From: Vicugna vicugna
Lineage: Eukaryota
Reading direction: 5' to 3'
Assembly (NCBI GenBank): GCA_013265495.1
Contig: MU061178.1
Coordinates: forward strand, 1,215,681 to 1,279,680
DNA: 64,000 nucleotides
Part shown: piece after piece, positions 35,144 through 46,784 of the stretch
Position numbering within the stretch: the first letter of the stretch is position 1
Layout of the letters: every line of letters starts with the position of its first letter
Notes under the pieces: model-generated
The model's database searches: none
What the model was told of the DNA's origin: nothing
Seen by the model: only the letters and a program-made list of their open reading frames with translations
Made by a program: the position numbers and the translations under genes

Positions 35144-36940
35144 CTGTAAGCCCGGTTTGTCCTGCAGCTGTGTTTTCCCTTCTTCCTGACAGTCATCGGG
35201 AGCACCTCCAACACAGCCTGGTCACAAGCGGTGGTGCCTGACATCTCCCGGTGTCTCCTCTCGAGCTGAGATGCTTTGGCTGAGCAGGGCTGTCCTTGGG
35301 CAGAGGAGCCAATTAGTAAAAGGAGAGGCTTCAAAGAGGCCTAACTGGCCTGAGTAAAAGCCCGAGGTCAATTACGAACACTTAACAGTCCCTGGTTGGA
35401 ACTTCACCTACAGGTTAGGAAGATATCCAAGAAAACTACGCTTAGATGTGCATTGTGACTTTTCTGCTTTTATTCCAAGGAAGGGCTTGGCTCCCAGACT
35501 TCCTTTCTGTAGGAACTCTTGAAATGTCACTTTCCACTCTACCTTTAAAGTAAGTTCCAGGCTTGGCTGAAATTGTCTGATTTATCATCCTTCAATTGAA
35601 GTGCGCCACCCTCCCTGCAGTTTGGGGATAAGAGGGACAAAGCCATGGACCACCTCCTGTCACATCCCCTCAACCCCCCAGCAGAACTTCTTCCCACCCA
35701 GATCCCATCCTTCTGGAATCTCCTTAGGACTCATCACGTCCCTGGCTCTCTGGACTGGCGTCCACTATTCCAGCCCCTACACACGTCCCCTCTGTGCAGC
35801 TACAGTGACATTCATAGAGCACGACTTATTTCCCAGTTCTTCAGTAACTCCTTATTGCCTTCAAGGGAAAAAAAAAATCCAACAGTTACAGACTAGCATA
35901 AAGGGCCCTCCAGGATGAGGCCTCTTGCTTCTCTCTTCAGCCTCATCTTACCTCATTCTTTGCCACAATGTGTCCCATCACACTGAACAACGTTGGGATG
36001 CTCAGAAGCAGAGCTCTCTCACGTGCCTTTGCACATGCTGTTCCCTTCACCTGTCCCGTTCTTACCTTCACCCTGAAGCAACTCCTCACCTCCCTCAAGA
36101 TTCAGTTTGGAACACATTGGTCTCTCTCTTGGAAGCCTTCCCTGTGCCCTTACATTTGATGTTTTATATCTCTCTTCTGAACTTCTGTGGCATCTCTAAT
36201 CAAAACATTTAATACATTATATATTTAAGACATTTTAAAGTATTGCTTTATTATACAAATACTGTGTTTTCATTATAAAAGCATTTATATATACACAAAA
36301 AGAAAAAATGATTACCTATTACTTATTTATATTAGTGTTCAAAGAGAAGACGCTCTATGTTTTCCAAGGATGAAGGAAAGTGACACAAGACATGAGAGGC
36401 TGACACACCTGTTAGATGGGCTGCAGTAGCAAAGGTCCCAGGTGACCTTAGCCTGTGACATCTAAGTGAGAGGCTCTCCAAGACCTTGCCTGGAAGCCAC
36501 TCCACTAGAAAGCCCAAGAACTTCTTGAATGTTCCCACCAGTTATCTCAGTCTGTGGCAGTAATGTGGGGAGTCTCAAGAGATTCACCTGGACACTGTTT
36601 TGAACCGCTCATCCGCTTATGCATTTGCCTGTCTCTGGAAAAGGATGGCTTCTTCTCTCTTTTGGAAATATTGCTCCCAGCATCTCCTCTGTGGTGCAGA
36701 GAACTTCACGATGAGGTGCATTGATGCTAAGCTTACAACGGACAACTCTCCTAAAGATAAGCACATTTTGGTGCATCATCTTTCTTATGTATGTATAGTG
36801 TGTGTGTGTGTGCGTGTGTGTAAGTGAATAATCTACATATAAAACTCTCTTTACTGTGCGCTCTCTCTGTATATCTATATGTTTTCTCCCCACTGGCTCC
36901 TTGAAGGTTTAATGAGCTTGCTTCTCTACTTTTTAGAGCA

Positions 36941-37136
36941 NNNNNNNNNNNNNNNNNNNNNNNNNNNNNNNNNNNNNNNNNNNNNNNNNNNNNNNNNNNN
37001 NNNNNNNNNNNNNNNNNNNNNNNNNNNNNNNNNNNNNNNNNNNNNNNNNNNNNNNNNNNNNNNNNNNNNNNNNNNNNNNNNNNNNNNNNNNNNNNNNNNN
37101 NNNNNNNNNNNNNNNNNNNNNNNNNNNNNNNNNNNN
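36941..37136. other. Assembly gap (196 N)
   Basis: Run of n. Confidence 1.
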
Positions 37137-39128
37137 AGGACGGGGGTGGGGTTGGAAGGGACCAGAAAGGTGGTTTACTTAGAATCTTTCTAAAATATCC
37201 CCTCTAACTACTTCTAGGTTGGTATTCCCCCAAAATTAATCATGTTTTTCAAATTGGAAGTCGGGGCTGTGGGGGCCAAAAGCTCCAGTGTGCACGTCTA
37301 TCTTCCATGCCTCCTATGGGGCTTGGCGTGTGGAGGTCTCAGGACATTTTGATGGACTGTGTGTTGGTGCAGGATGTAGTGCTGGTGGCTGAGAAGGGCA
37401 CACGGCACATGCGAGTTTCAGCTCTGTAGGACTGGAGGCCATGAGATGGCTTCAGAGACCGTGGTCTGGGTACCATCCCCACTCAAGTTCCAGGAGAATG
37501 TAGATGCCCCAACGGTCACAGAGAAAAGAACCTAGGCCGAGATTCACTGGCCTTAAATGACTGGCCAGAAGCTTCTGTAACTGCCTTTCTGTTAATTTGT
37601 GCAAATCATCAGAAAGCTAGATATGTCAGCCAACAGCATGAGTGTATAAACGTCAGTGACTTGCTGCTGAAGGTACAGCCCCAAGGTCATAGATGCAGGA
37701 AAGAATTTTGAGTTCTGCATGAGATCGGTATTTTGAAGCAACAGAGCTGGTGGAGGTGGTTTCAAATCCTCAGTCTGCCATTTAAAGCTACATAACCCTG
37801 AATAAACTGCTTTACACCCCAGCGCCCCCCTCTTGTAAAGTGGAGATAATGCTAATGCCAACCTCATAGGGTTGTGAGGATCCAATGAGTTAACCCATGT
37901 AAAGTGCTCTGAACGATGCTCAGCAGAGCAAGGGCACCAGTGAACGCTGCCTCTTGTTATCATCATCATCACAGTAGGCGCTCCGGACCTACCAGGTCTA
38001 ATTGGTAGTCGATGTTTCAATTAGAGAGTAACGGGGTATCCATTCCTCTCTGCCCTCAGAGCGGAGTGCTGTAGCGACCCTCTCTGGTCCCAAAGAATAC
38101 ATTCAAGACTTCCTCCAGGTGTCCCCTAGGTTGGGGTAGGAACATCATTTGCAGTGCTAAGTCTGGAAACTTAGGCAGAAGGTTAATAGTATAACAAGGA
38201 AGCAAGCAAGCAAACAAAGCAGAACAGAAAACCACCACTTGCAAACAAAAGTCTCAGTGAATCCCCCTGTCACACCTTGATGGGATATTCTGCTTCATGG
38301 GGGAAAAACAGTGCAAATGTGTCTGGATTCTTAGACTCACAATTGGTAGCAAGCAGGGGAAGAATGTGTCTTTTAGCAGAGTTTTATGGCTTCTCAATCC
38401 TTGAAGGTAAGACATCATGAATCAAGAGAAAGTTTCAAAATGTGTTCGTCATTGCCCACTCCTATTGACGAAAAAACCCCAACCTCTTTTGGAGAAAATG
38501 ATTGATGAGAAGAGAACCTTTGAGGCTACTAAAACACGTTCCTGATTCTCTTTATTTTAGTGAAAAACTAAATATACCTATATCCCCAGATGAGAAAGAC
38601 AAATCAAGTCTCATGTCTGATCTTAGCAAAATTCAAATACTGGGTTTGAAATGCCAATAATTCTGTTCAATTCCTTTTCTCTTGTGCAAATACTGAAGAA
38701 TATATGTTACATGATTATTCAGATGTTCAAAGAGTTATTTGGATAAGAAAATTTTCAAGTCCATATAGAATTTATTTCTAGGATGGCTTATGACCATAAC
38801 AGAAAAGATTAATGAGTTAGAGTTTTTTTTTTGAAATTCATGATACTCTAAAGACTATCTTTGGTCAGAAATATATTTGATTTACACGAATGTAGAAATA
38901 AAGTGAGAAAAAGTTTTTTAAAAAAAGTTTAGCTTTGTTTTATAGTATTTTGGATCTCCAAGGCTATAGGAGTCTTATCTGTCATCATCTAGGTGTTTCC
39001 AAACCTCTGTGCCTCTTCAATTCAGTTAAACAAATAGATACTAGGTATGCCTAGGTAAACAAAATATATTGGGCTATACACTTGAATGAAGATACAGAGA
39101 AAAGCACATTTTACTTACACTTTAGTGC

Positions 39129-41252
39129 TGTAGAGGATTGTTACAGCCAAGGCCCCAATGAAACACACCTGCCAGTTTCCACACCCTTTTATAATCGCCT
39201 ATCACATTGACACTTGCTTCAGCCATGTGACTTGCTTTGGCCCAGGGACATAAGTAAATGTGATGGAAGCAGAGGTTTGATAAGCACTTGCACACTGAGG
39301 CTTGTCCTCTTGGAACCCTGAGACCACCATGCAATGAAGAAACCCAGAATTAAATACTGAGTTATAGGAGAGGCCAGTTGAGTTCAGTCTCCAAGGGCAA
39401 CGCCCCCAGCTGAATGCAGCTGCATCAGTGACCCAAGACATCACCTGCAGAAGAATGGTCCAGCTAACTTACGGAATCATGATAATCATGAGGTCACTAT
39501 GTTTTGGAATATCTTGCTACATAAATGGAAAACTAGTATAAAAATTGATAACCAGAAGTGACACACTGATATAATAAAAACCTAAACTAGGCAGCATTGG
39601 TTTTGGGACTGAGTGTCTGGTAGAGGCTACGGAGACAGCCAGCAGGGTGCTGGTGGAGCCTGGCAGACCTGAGTGGAAACTACTACTGGAGGTTGATAAA
39701 GGGCAACCCAGAGTGTGTAATAGTGACACGACTGGCAACACTGTCACCTCCAGTACCTTGGAAGATAGAAAGTGTACTTAATGTGGATTGGCCTTAAGAT
39801 TTCCATTTAGAACGATGAGGGGCATCAATTAACTTTTTAAAAGGTATATATAATAGGATATGAGAAGAGAGAGAGGAACTAAAGAAAGAACTGCTCCATT
39901 TGTCAGCAGAATTTCAAGTACACATGGAGGGTCCAGGATGCACTGAGCTGGAAAATAAAACCATTTCACATTTCCCGTCTCTTCAATAGGCAGACGATCC
40001 TCAGAGTAAGAAATGACCTCAGGATGCAGATCAAATCAAGAGTGAGGTTATAAGACTTTGTGAAGACCACAGAAAGACTTTAAACGGTGTCTACCAGACT
40101 CTCTTAGCTAGATAAAAGGTCTTCTAAGAATCTTGAGGGCATTTTCCCTTGGCACCTTGACATGCTGACCAAAGTAGAGGCCTGTCTTAAAAATAATTGT
40201 TAGTATAGCTTTTGTCTAATGAGATGGACTATAACCTGGTATGTGGAAAGCTCACAAAGTTTATAAGGGAACTGGACCAGGTTAGACTAAATGGTGCAGG
40301 AAGCAAGCTGAGAAAAATCACTCAGCTGCAAACAAAGGTTATTTCTTATTGAAAAGGAAAACCATCTCAGAGGGCAGAGCCAACCACTTCCAGGGAGAGA
40401 ATCAGGCTCTTTTCAAGATCCATTTCCCGTACTCAGAATAGGAGGCTTTGTCACATTTGCCTGGCTGGGTTCCAGAATTGCTATGGACCAGTGACTTCTA
40501 TGTGGCCCCCTGTTCCTCCTCCTTTTAAATGGGAGTGTCTATTGGGTGTTTCATCTTCACAATTGTGTGCTGGGTATGTGTGGAGCAGATAAGTTGTTTC
40601 TTCAGTCCATGGTGAGAAGTCCCTGAATGATGAGAAGACACACTTGAGAAGCTGCATGAGGAACTGCACCTGAGGAGCCTCAGCCACATCTGGAGCTGAG
40701 GCAGATCAGGACATTCTGGACTTACAGTTCGATGCCATCACTGGATGAGCTCTTGTTGGTTTGGAGATGGGTAGTGCATCTTTCAAATAAGAGGGATGTG
40801 GGTCACTGGGGCCGGGGGAAGACTGTGGTACCTCGTTATAGTAATGACCCTCAATAAATTATGCCTTGTGGTATCCGTGCCCTGGGTAGCCCCCTCCCAC
40901 AACTCTACGCTTGACCATAAGACTTGCTTTGGTCAATGAGATACCAGCACACGTGATGCAAGTAGAGGCTTCACACTGGGCCTTGTCCTCTTGGAAGCTG
41001 CCCTAAGATCACCATGCTGTGAAGACATCTAATGAAAGACAACATAGAGAGAGAGGCCCTGTCATCTTAAACTGTCCCAGTTTAACTCTGCACCCAGCTA
41101 ACCCATCAGCTAAATGTGGCTTCCTGAGTGGCCCCAGGTAAGACCAATGGAGAATGGCCCAAATACTCACATAATCATGAGATAAAATAAATAGTTGTTT
41201 TAAGCCACAGATTTGGGGGTGGTTTATTATGCAGCAATAGTTGACTGATACA
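39129..41252 (+). mobile_element. Two-LTR MLT1 MaLR element (5' LTR 39129-39540, internal region, 3' LTR 40824-41252)
   Basis: Two homologous MLT1 LTRs, an MLT1-int-like start, and a purine tract (ggggccgggggaagac) before the 3' LTR. Confidence 0.8.
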
Positions 41253-43437
41253 GGAGTCTGTTACTAAGCATCCAGTTACATCTAGTCAATTGTAGAAAGG
41301 AGGATGCTATACAGGGGGTTATATGGATTTTTGAAAGTCACTGGTGCTCTCTCTTGACAGCTTTGTGTACCAGAAGAAGAACTGAGGATGGAGTGAAGGT
41401 AATGTGTTACAGGGTCTCACAGCTGTATGTAAAGATGCTGAATAATGGATGAAGCCCTTGACGAATGTGGCAGAACGGGCTGAGAATGGGCTATGGATCA
41501 GGGAGACCTGGTACAATCGTAGTTCTAAAACTTAACTTAAGGCAAGTTACCTAACTTCTCAGAGTCTTTGTTTCTGGACCTGTGAAATAGGGATTACACT
41601 GTCTATTTTATGAGATTACTATCAGGGTTGACTGAGATAATATATATCAAAATATGCAGTGCAATGCCTGGCACGTGGTGGGTGTTCACTATATGTTGTT
41701 TTCTTTCTATTTGAGTTTGCTCTGCTCACCCCGCAACATTTCATTGAGGAATCCACAGAGACATTGGCTGTGGGGATCATGGAACAGCAACTCCAGGATT
41801 AGGAAAACTGGGGAAATTGGGTTCATGATTGCAGGGTTAGGGATCTGTAAGCCAATTCCAAGGATAGGGCAGAATTTCTGAACTGATTTGTCTTCAGAGT
41901 TCTTTCATATGTGCTTTCATTGATTTTCATAACACACTGTGCACTGGCTCAGTCTTTGGAATACTTTCCCTCTCTCACTTGTCAAAATGATCTCTCCTTA
42001 GTCCCATTTCCTTAGGGTCTTGCTGAAGTACTTCCTTGTATTATAAATTGCTCTTAAAAATATGAATTCCATCCAGAAGTAGAGTCAGTGACATGTCTCT
42101 GACATAACCCAAGATGGACAAAGGACGGTATCCCTTCTGCAAGAAAATGATGGTCTTACTTCTGGGTCGGGGATGTGGTTAACCAGGCAAAGGCAATGTC
42201 TCATCACTCAGATGATATGGCCTCAAAAACTGAAGAAGAGGACTCAGTTGGGCACTATATTTAGGACATTTCCCAAACAAGGTACCAGAGGAAATCCTGG
42301 CCAATTGGAAGGGCACCACAGTTACCAATGAGTTGACTACTTCAGCTTAGTACCCATTTGAACTCTGCTGGCCTCCAGGATAGTTTGTGATAGCAAGACA
42401 GGATGACTATGGTGCACTGGTAAAAAAGGTTAATTAACCTCCAAACATAAAATGATGGAAGAAGAAAAAAAATAAGAAGCTCTTCTGGGGCAGGGAATGA
42501 GAATATTCCTTAGGTGACTATCCCCTCCAGCCCCCTGGAGAAGGGGATGCATCCATTACAGAGGTCCTCAAAATGTTCATGACACATGGGAGACTTGGGG
42601 GTAGGGTGGATACTTTATCAACAACCTATTCTTTCCCATTTTTTTCTTTCTGATCCACTTGCTGATTTTCAGGGTGGTCTTGGGTTCTAAGTCTTTGGTT
42701 TCTTTTTGTTGGTTTTGTTTTTGAATTTCCATTTGTTGAGCAACTTCTATGCATCAGATGCTGTGTTAGGTATTTAATATCTGTTTTCCTATTTAATTCT
42801 CACAACTACCCTACATTGGAGATACTGTTTTCCCCCTACTTTATAAACGATTCGACCTGGAAAGATTTGAAAGCAGGTCTTCCTGACTGTGAGGGTTTTG
42901 TTCATTCACTGCACCATGGTGGTGGCGGAGAGGGCAGCTGCAAGGCCTTTGACTCAAGAACAATTACACTCATCTTTGGAAGAATGAGTCTCTTCACCGA
43001 CTAGATTCTGGCTTTTCTTCCTCATGTAGTACTGTTGATTACAAAGTGCTTTCTGAAGATTTCTTACCACAAAACTGCTCAAGTTCTGCTCTCATTGGGA
43101 GCTAATTTGTTTACTCTCATTAATTTTATCTGGTTGAAGCCTTCCTTCCCCTGCTTTTTAAAAAAGGACAGTACTGCTCTATCAAATCATAGAGCCATTA
43201 TTTTGGTGGGCTTTTCATATAAATGTTGTGCTAGTTTTGTCTTTCATAAATTAGTCGGATTTTTTTCCGACTAATATTTTCTATGAGGAGCAGGTTAGGT
43301 GTAGGTAAAATACTCCATCATTAACTATGTTTTACTATTAGGGGTTGGAATAATCTGTCAAGAGTAGACTTAAGATTGCTTTTAAATGTAATTGATCTTG
43401 TTTTGGTCTTCGTGCAGAAAAACTAGGAATGGACTAT

Positions 43438-43925
43438 TGTATCAGTCAAGGTTTGTAAGGAAACAGATAGCCTATACAAACTAAATAACTGAAGAGAGGT
43501 TAAGAAAGGAACTATATACAAAGGTAAAGGCAAAACTGAGGAAAACCTACAAGGGTTGGTTAGTGCTTTGGGAACCTTGCAACTCACCAGCGTGAATGAT
43601 CAAAGGAAGTGAGGGCTTACTGGAATTCAAAGAGTGCAGCTGTATAGAGAGGGCTGCGGACATGAGCTACAGCCTTTGCTTAGGGAATGAAGCCAACCCA
43701 TGGTGGCCAGGCAGGGAGGGAACTGGGGGACAGATAATCTAACCTTCCTACTTCCCATCCTCTAATCTCCTGCTAGTGCCTCCCACTGGCTGAACTCCTC
43801 CAGAAGTGACAGGGGAATGGAGCTTGCTGATACAGCCCACACATTCCAGCCTTTCAGGGGCACAGGGCAGTGGGGAGAAGTGTGGAGAGGGGATGGAGAA
43901 GGCCCAACAGAAGTCACTCGAAGCA
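43438..43925 (-). mobile_element. Old MLT1 (K/L/N-like) LTR, antisense
   Basis: tgtatcagtcaaggtt...ggaaacagat start; gcctcccactggctgaac motif. Confidence 0.7.
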
Positions 43926-44957
43926 GCTGGCATGCAAGATCTGATAACTTATGTTTATGTCCAACCTGAACTTTCGACCACAGCAAGCATTCATGAGAAT
44001 GGTCTTCTAACAGATGAGATGATAATTTCAGTCTTAAAAAAAAAATAGGACTGTGTTCTGGCTCTGCCTCCTCCAACCTTTCTTTTTAATTTGTTTCTTA
44101 ATAATTTGAAACAATTTGCACATGATCTAGCTGCATGTACCCCTATTATGAAAAGTATAAAAATAACTATTCTTTATGCTGCTGGTATAATTTTATTGTC
44201 ACTAACCAGAAATGGCCTCTCTATCTTATGGAAAACAGAGTGACTCGAATTCAACTTTCCTAAATCCCAAATCATCATTTTTGGCAGATAGTATTTTCAA
44301 TCTAATTGCCTTATATCTAATGATTATATAGAGCCAGCCAACTTTTTCAGCTACTTTGGGGTACATTTTGCAACCATTTTCTCTGATGGTTTCACTAGAA
44401 AATTATGCTACTTAAAAGTAGATATTTCTTGGGTGCATTATTGACACACATTTGTTTGTTTCTGGGGCCTGGGAGATGGGTAAAACCTATTTTGAAAATA
44501 TTTTCAGATACAGAGTACCATGCCTGCTTAGTAAATGCTGGTTGAATAAAAGAGTGAGGGAATTAACTTTGTAGCTTTGATTTTATCTTTTTTTTTTTCC
44601 TTCAAAGGTTGTTAGGAAACAGTTTTTAGAAACTGGCTTGAGGAAAATTTTAGTCTTGCCAGTAGGTCTCCCACTGAAAACCCTTCCACCTGGAGATGGG
44701 GTGGAGCAGCTATTTGGGTCTTGGACAGGAGCCTTCATTGACTTTAAAGGAAGGGAAATGACCTCCTGCCCTGTTGAGTTTTAAGGTGCATGAGATGCTC
44801 CTCCGTTAACCATACTGATTCCATGCAATTCTTATTCTTGTCACATGTTAGAAGCTGGGCATTTCTGCTGCCCAGTGCCCACCAGGAGCTTAATTAGATG
44901 GTTGAGCAATTCTGAGTGACAGCTAAGGGATATACAGTTCTTTCTTTATTCTCGATC

Positions 44958-45175
44958 AACACCGTCCAACAGAACTTTCTGCCATGATGGAAATGTTCCA
45001 TAGTAGTGCTGCACAATATGACAGTTACTAGGCATGTGTGGCTGTTAAGAGTTTGAAATGTGGCTATTAAGACTGAAGAATGACATCCACATTTTAAAAT
45101 TTACTATCAATTAATTTAAATTTAAAATTAAGCCACGTATGCCAGTGGCTACCATATCGGGCAGCACAACTCTAG
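44958..45175. mobile_element. MER3-like hAT MITE
   Basis: gtccaacagaactttctgccatgatggaaatgttc...agtggctaccatatcgggcagcac. Confidence 0.85.
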
Positions 45176-45259
45176 ATGTTCTAGCTTTATTCCTGGATCA
45201 AGTCAGACTATCCTTTCTTTGGCTTTCAGAAGAATAGCATTTATTGAATCACAAATTTC

Positions 45260-45696
45260 TAGTTTGTCCTTTATAGTGGTTTTAAAACATTTTTTGTCAC
45301 ATTCTTGGTCACTTCTCCATCACAATATGGAGGTGAATTACTCTTCCCTTGAATGTGGGTTGGCCTTGGTGACTTGTTTCTGGCAAACAGAATGTGGAAG
45401 AAGCAATGCCATGTGCCTTTTGAGGCTGGTTCATGAAAGGTGGTCCAGCCTGCCTGGCTCTCTCCCTCTCAGCCGGAGCTTCCTTGTAAGGATTCTGGCT
45501 GCTCTCCTGCTACCAGGCGGAAGTCACGAGGAGAGACCACCTACAGAAATCTGAAAAGGATCAGCTGATCTAGCCCCCAGCTTAGAGAACTGCTCAGCTG
45601 ATTCCAGCCAGTCCTCAGTGAGATAAAAATAAATGATCACTATCGTTTAAAATCACTATTTTGAGGTTGTTACCCAGCAATAAATAACTGGAACAG
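45260..45696 (+). mobile_element. MLT1 solo LTR
   Basis: cccttgaatgtgggttggccttggtgacttg...gttacccagcaataaataactggaaca. Confidence 0.8.
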
Positions 45697-45995
45697 TCTT
45701 GTAGGAAAGGATGCAGGAGAAAATGGTTCTATTAAATGCTCAGATGTATTCATTGTTGAGTTGTTTTGAGGACCAAGTCTGTTACGTTGGTTTCTTGTGA
45801 TCTTAATATCAGGAAGAGCTGCACTTTCTCGAACAAATAAAATCTTTTACTTTAATACCTTTTTGCTTTGGTTGCTAGGAAACTCAAAGCTGAATTCACA
45901 CCCCACCTTTGTAACTAAATAGGACTGTACTTTTCCTTTCGCTTCATCTTACTATTCTCTTCACCTTTTTTGTCTTTTTAAAAACCTCAGTGCAG

Positions 45996-46119
45996 GGGGA
46001 GGATACAGCTCAAGGGGTAGAGCACATGCTTAGCATGCACAAGGTCCTGGGTTCAATCCCTAGTACCTCCTCTAAAAACAAATAAATAAACCTAATTCCC
46101 TCCCCCCTCCAAATAAAAT
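45996..46119 (+). mobile_element. Camelid vic-1-type SINE
   Basis: 16-bp TSD aaaaacctcagtgcag/aaaaacctcaatgcag. Confidence 0.93.
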
Positions 46120-46548
46120 AAAAACCTCAATGCAGTATATACATTGTCAAACAACTTCAAAAAATGAATGCAAGTGATGTTACACCTTTGCCGAACCAAT
46201 GTGAGCTGTGAGATCGTTCAGTGGATTGGTAACAGTGGCTGGGAGAGCCCTGGAATTGTGTACCTCTAAAATGGCCTTATTTTATATGAGGAAAATAAGG
46301 CCCTGAGAAGTAAAGTAACTGCTGAGGGATACAGGGCTGGTGAGCAACAGAATCTCAGCCCAGGTGAAGCTGCGTCTTACCATCCATTCACCCATATGGT
46401 ACCCATTGGCCAGATGTTGGTTCTTTATTGAGGGCCACCTCTGGGGACGGGATAGTGGTACAAAGATAAGTAAGAACTCACCGAGGGATTGACTCTCAAG
46501 ATTATTCCTGGTGGGGATATTATGTGTGTTTAAACATAAAGTAAAATA

Positions 46549-46784
46549 CAGTCAGCCCTTGAACAACCAGGGATTAGGGGCGCTGACCCTCTGCACAGTA
46601 CAAAATTCACTTATAAGTTACAGTCAGCCCTCTGTATACACGGTTCCTTCCATCCACCATTCCACATCCAGGGATTCAACCAGCCATGCATCATGTAGTA
46701 CTGTAGTACTTACTAACTGAAAAAAAGAATCCATGTACAAGTGGAACCATGCGGTTCAAACCCATGGTGTTCAAGAGTCAACTG
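46549..46784. mobile_element. Tigger-family (Tc1/mariner) MITE
   Basis: TIRs cagtcagcccttgaacaac / ggtgttcaagagtcaactg flanked by TA at both ends. Confidence 0.88.

Noticed and set aside
38400-38930. AT-rich segment resembling a hAT-Tip100/Zaphod transposase relic
   Set aside because: Resemblance too weak to support without a Dfam search.
42060-42480. Unique, codon-looking segment considered as a processed pseudogene
   Set aside because: No frame gave a protein I could recognise; a blastx would be needed.
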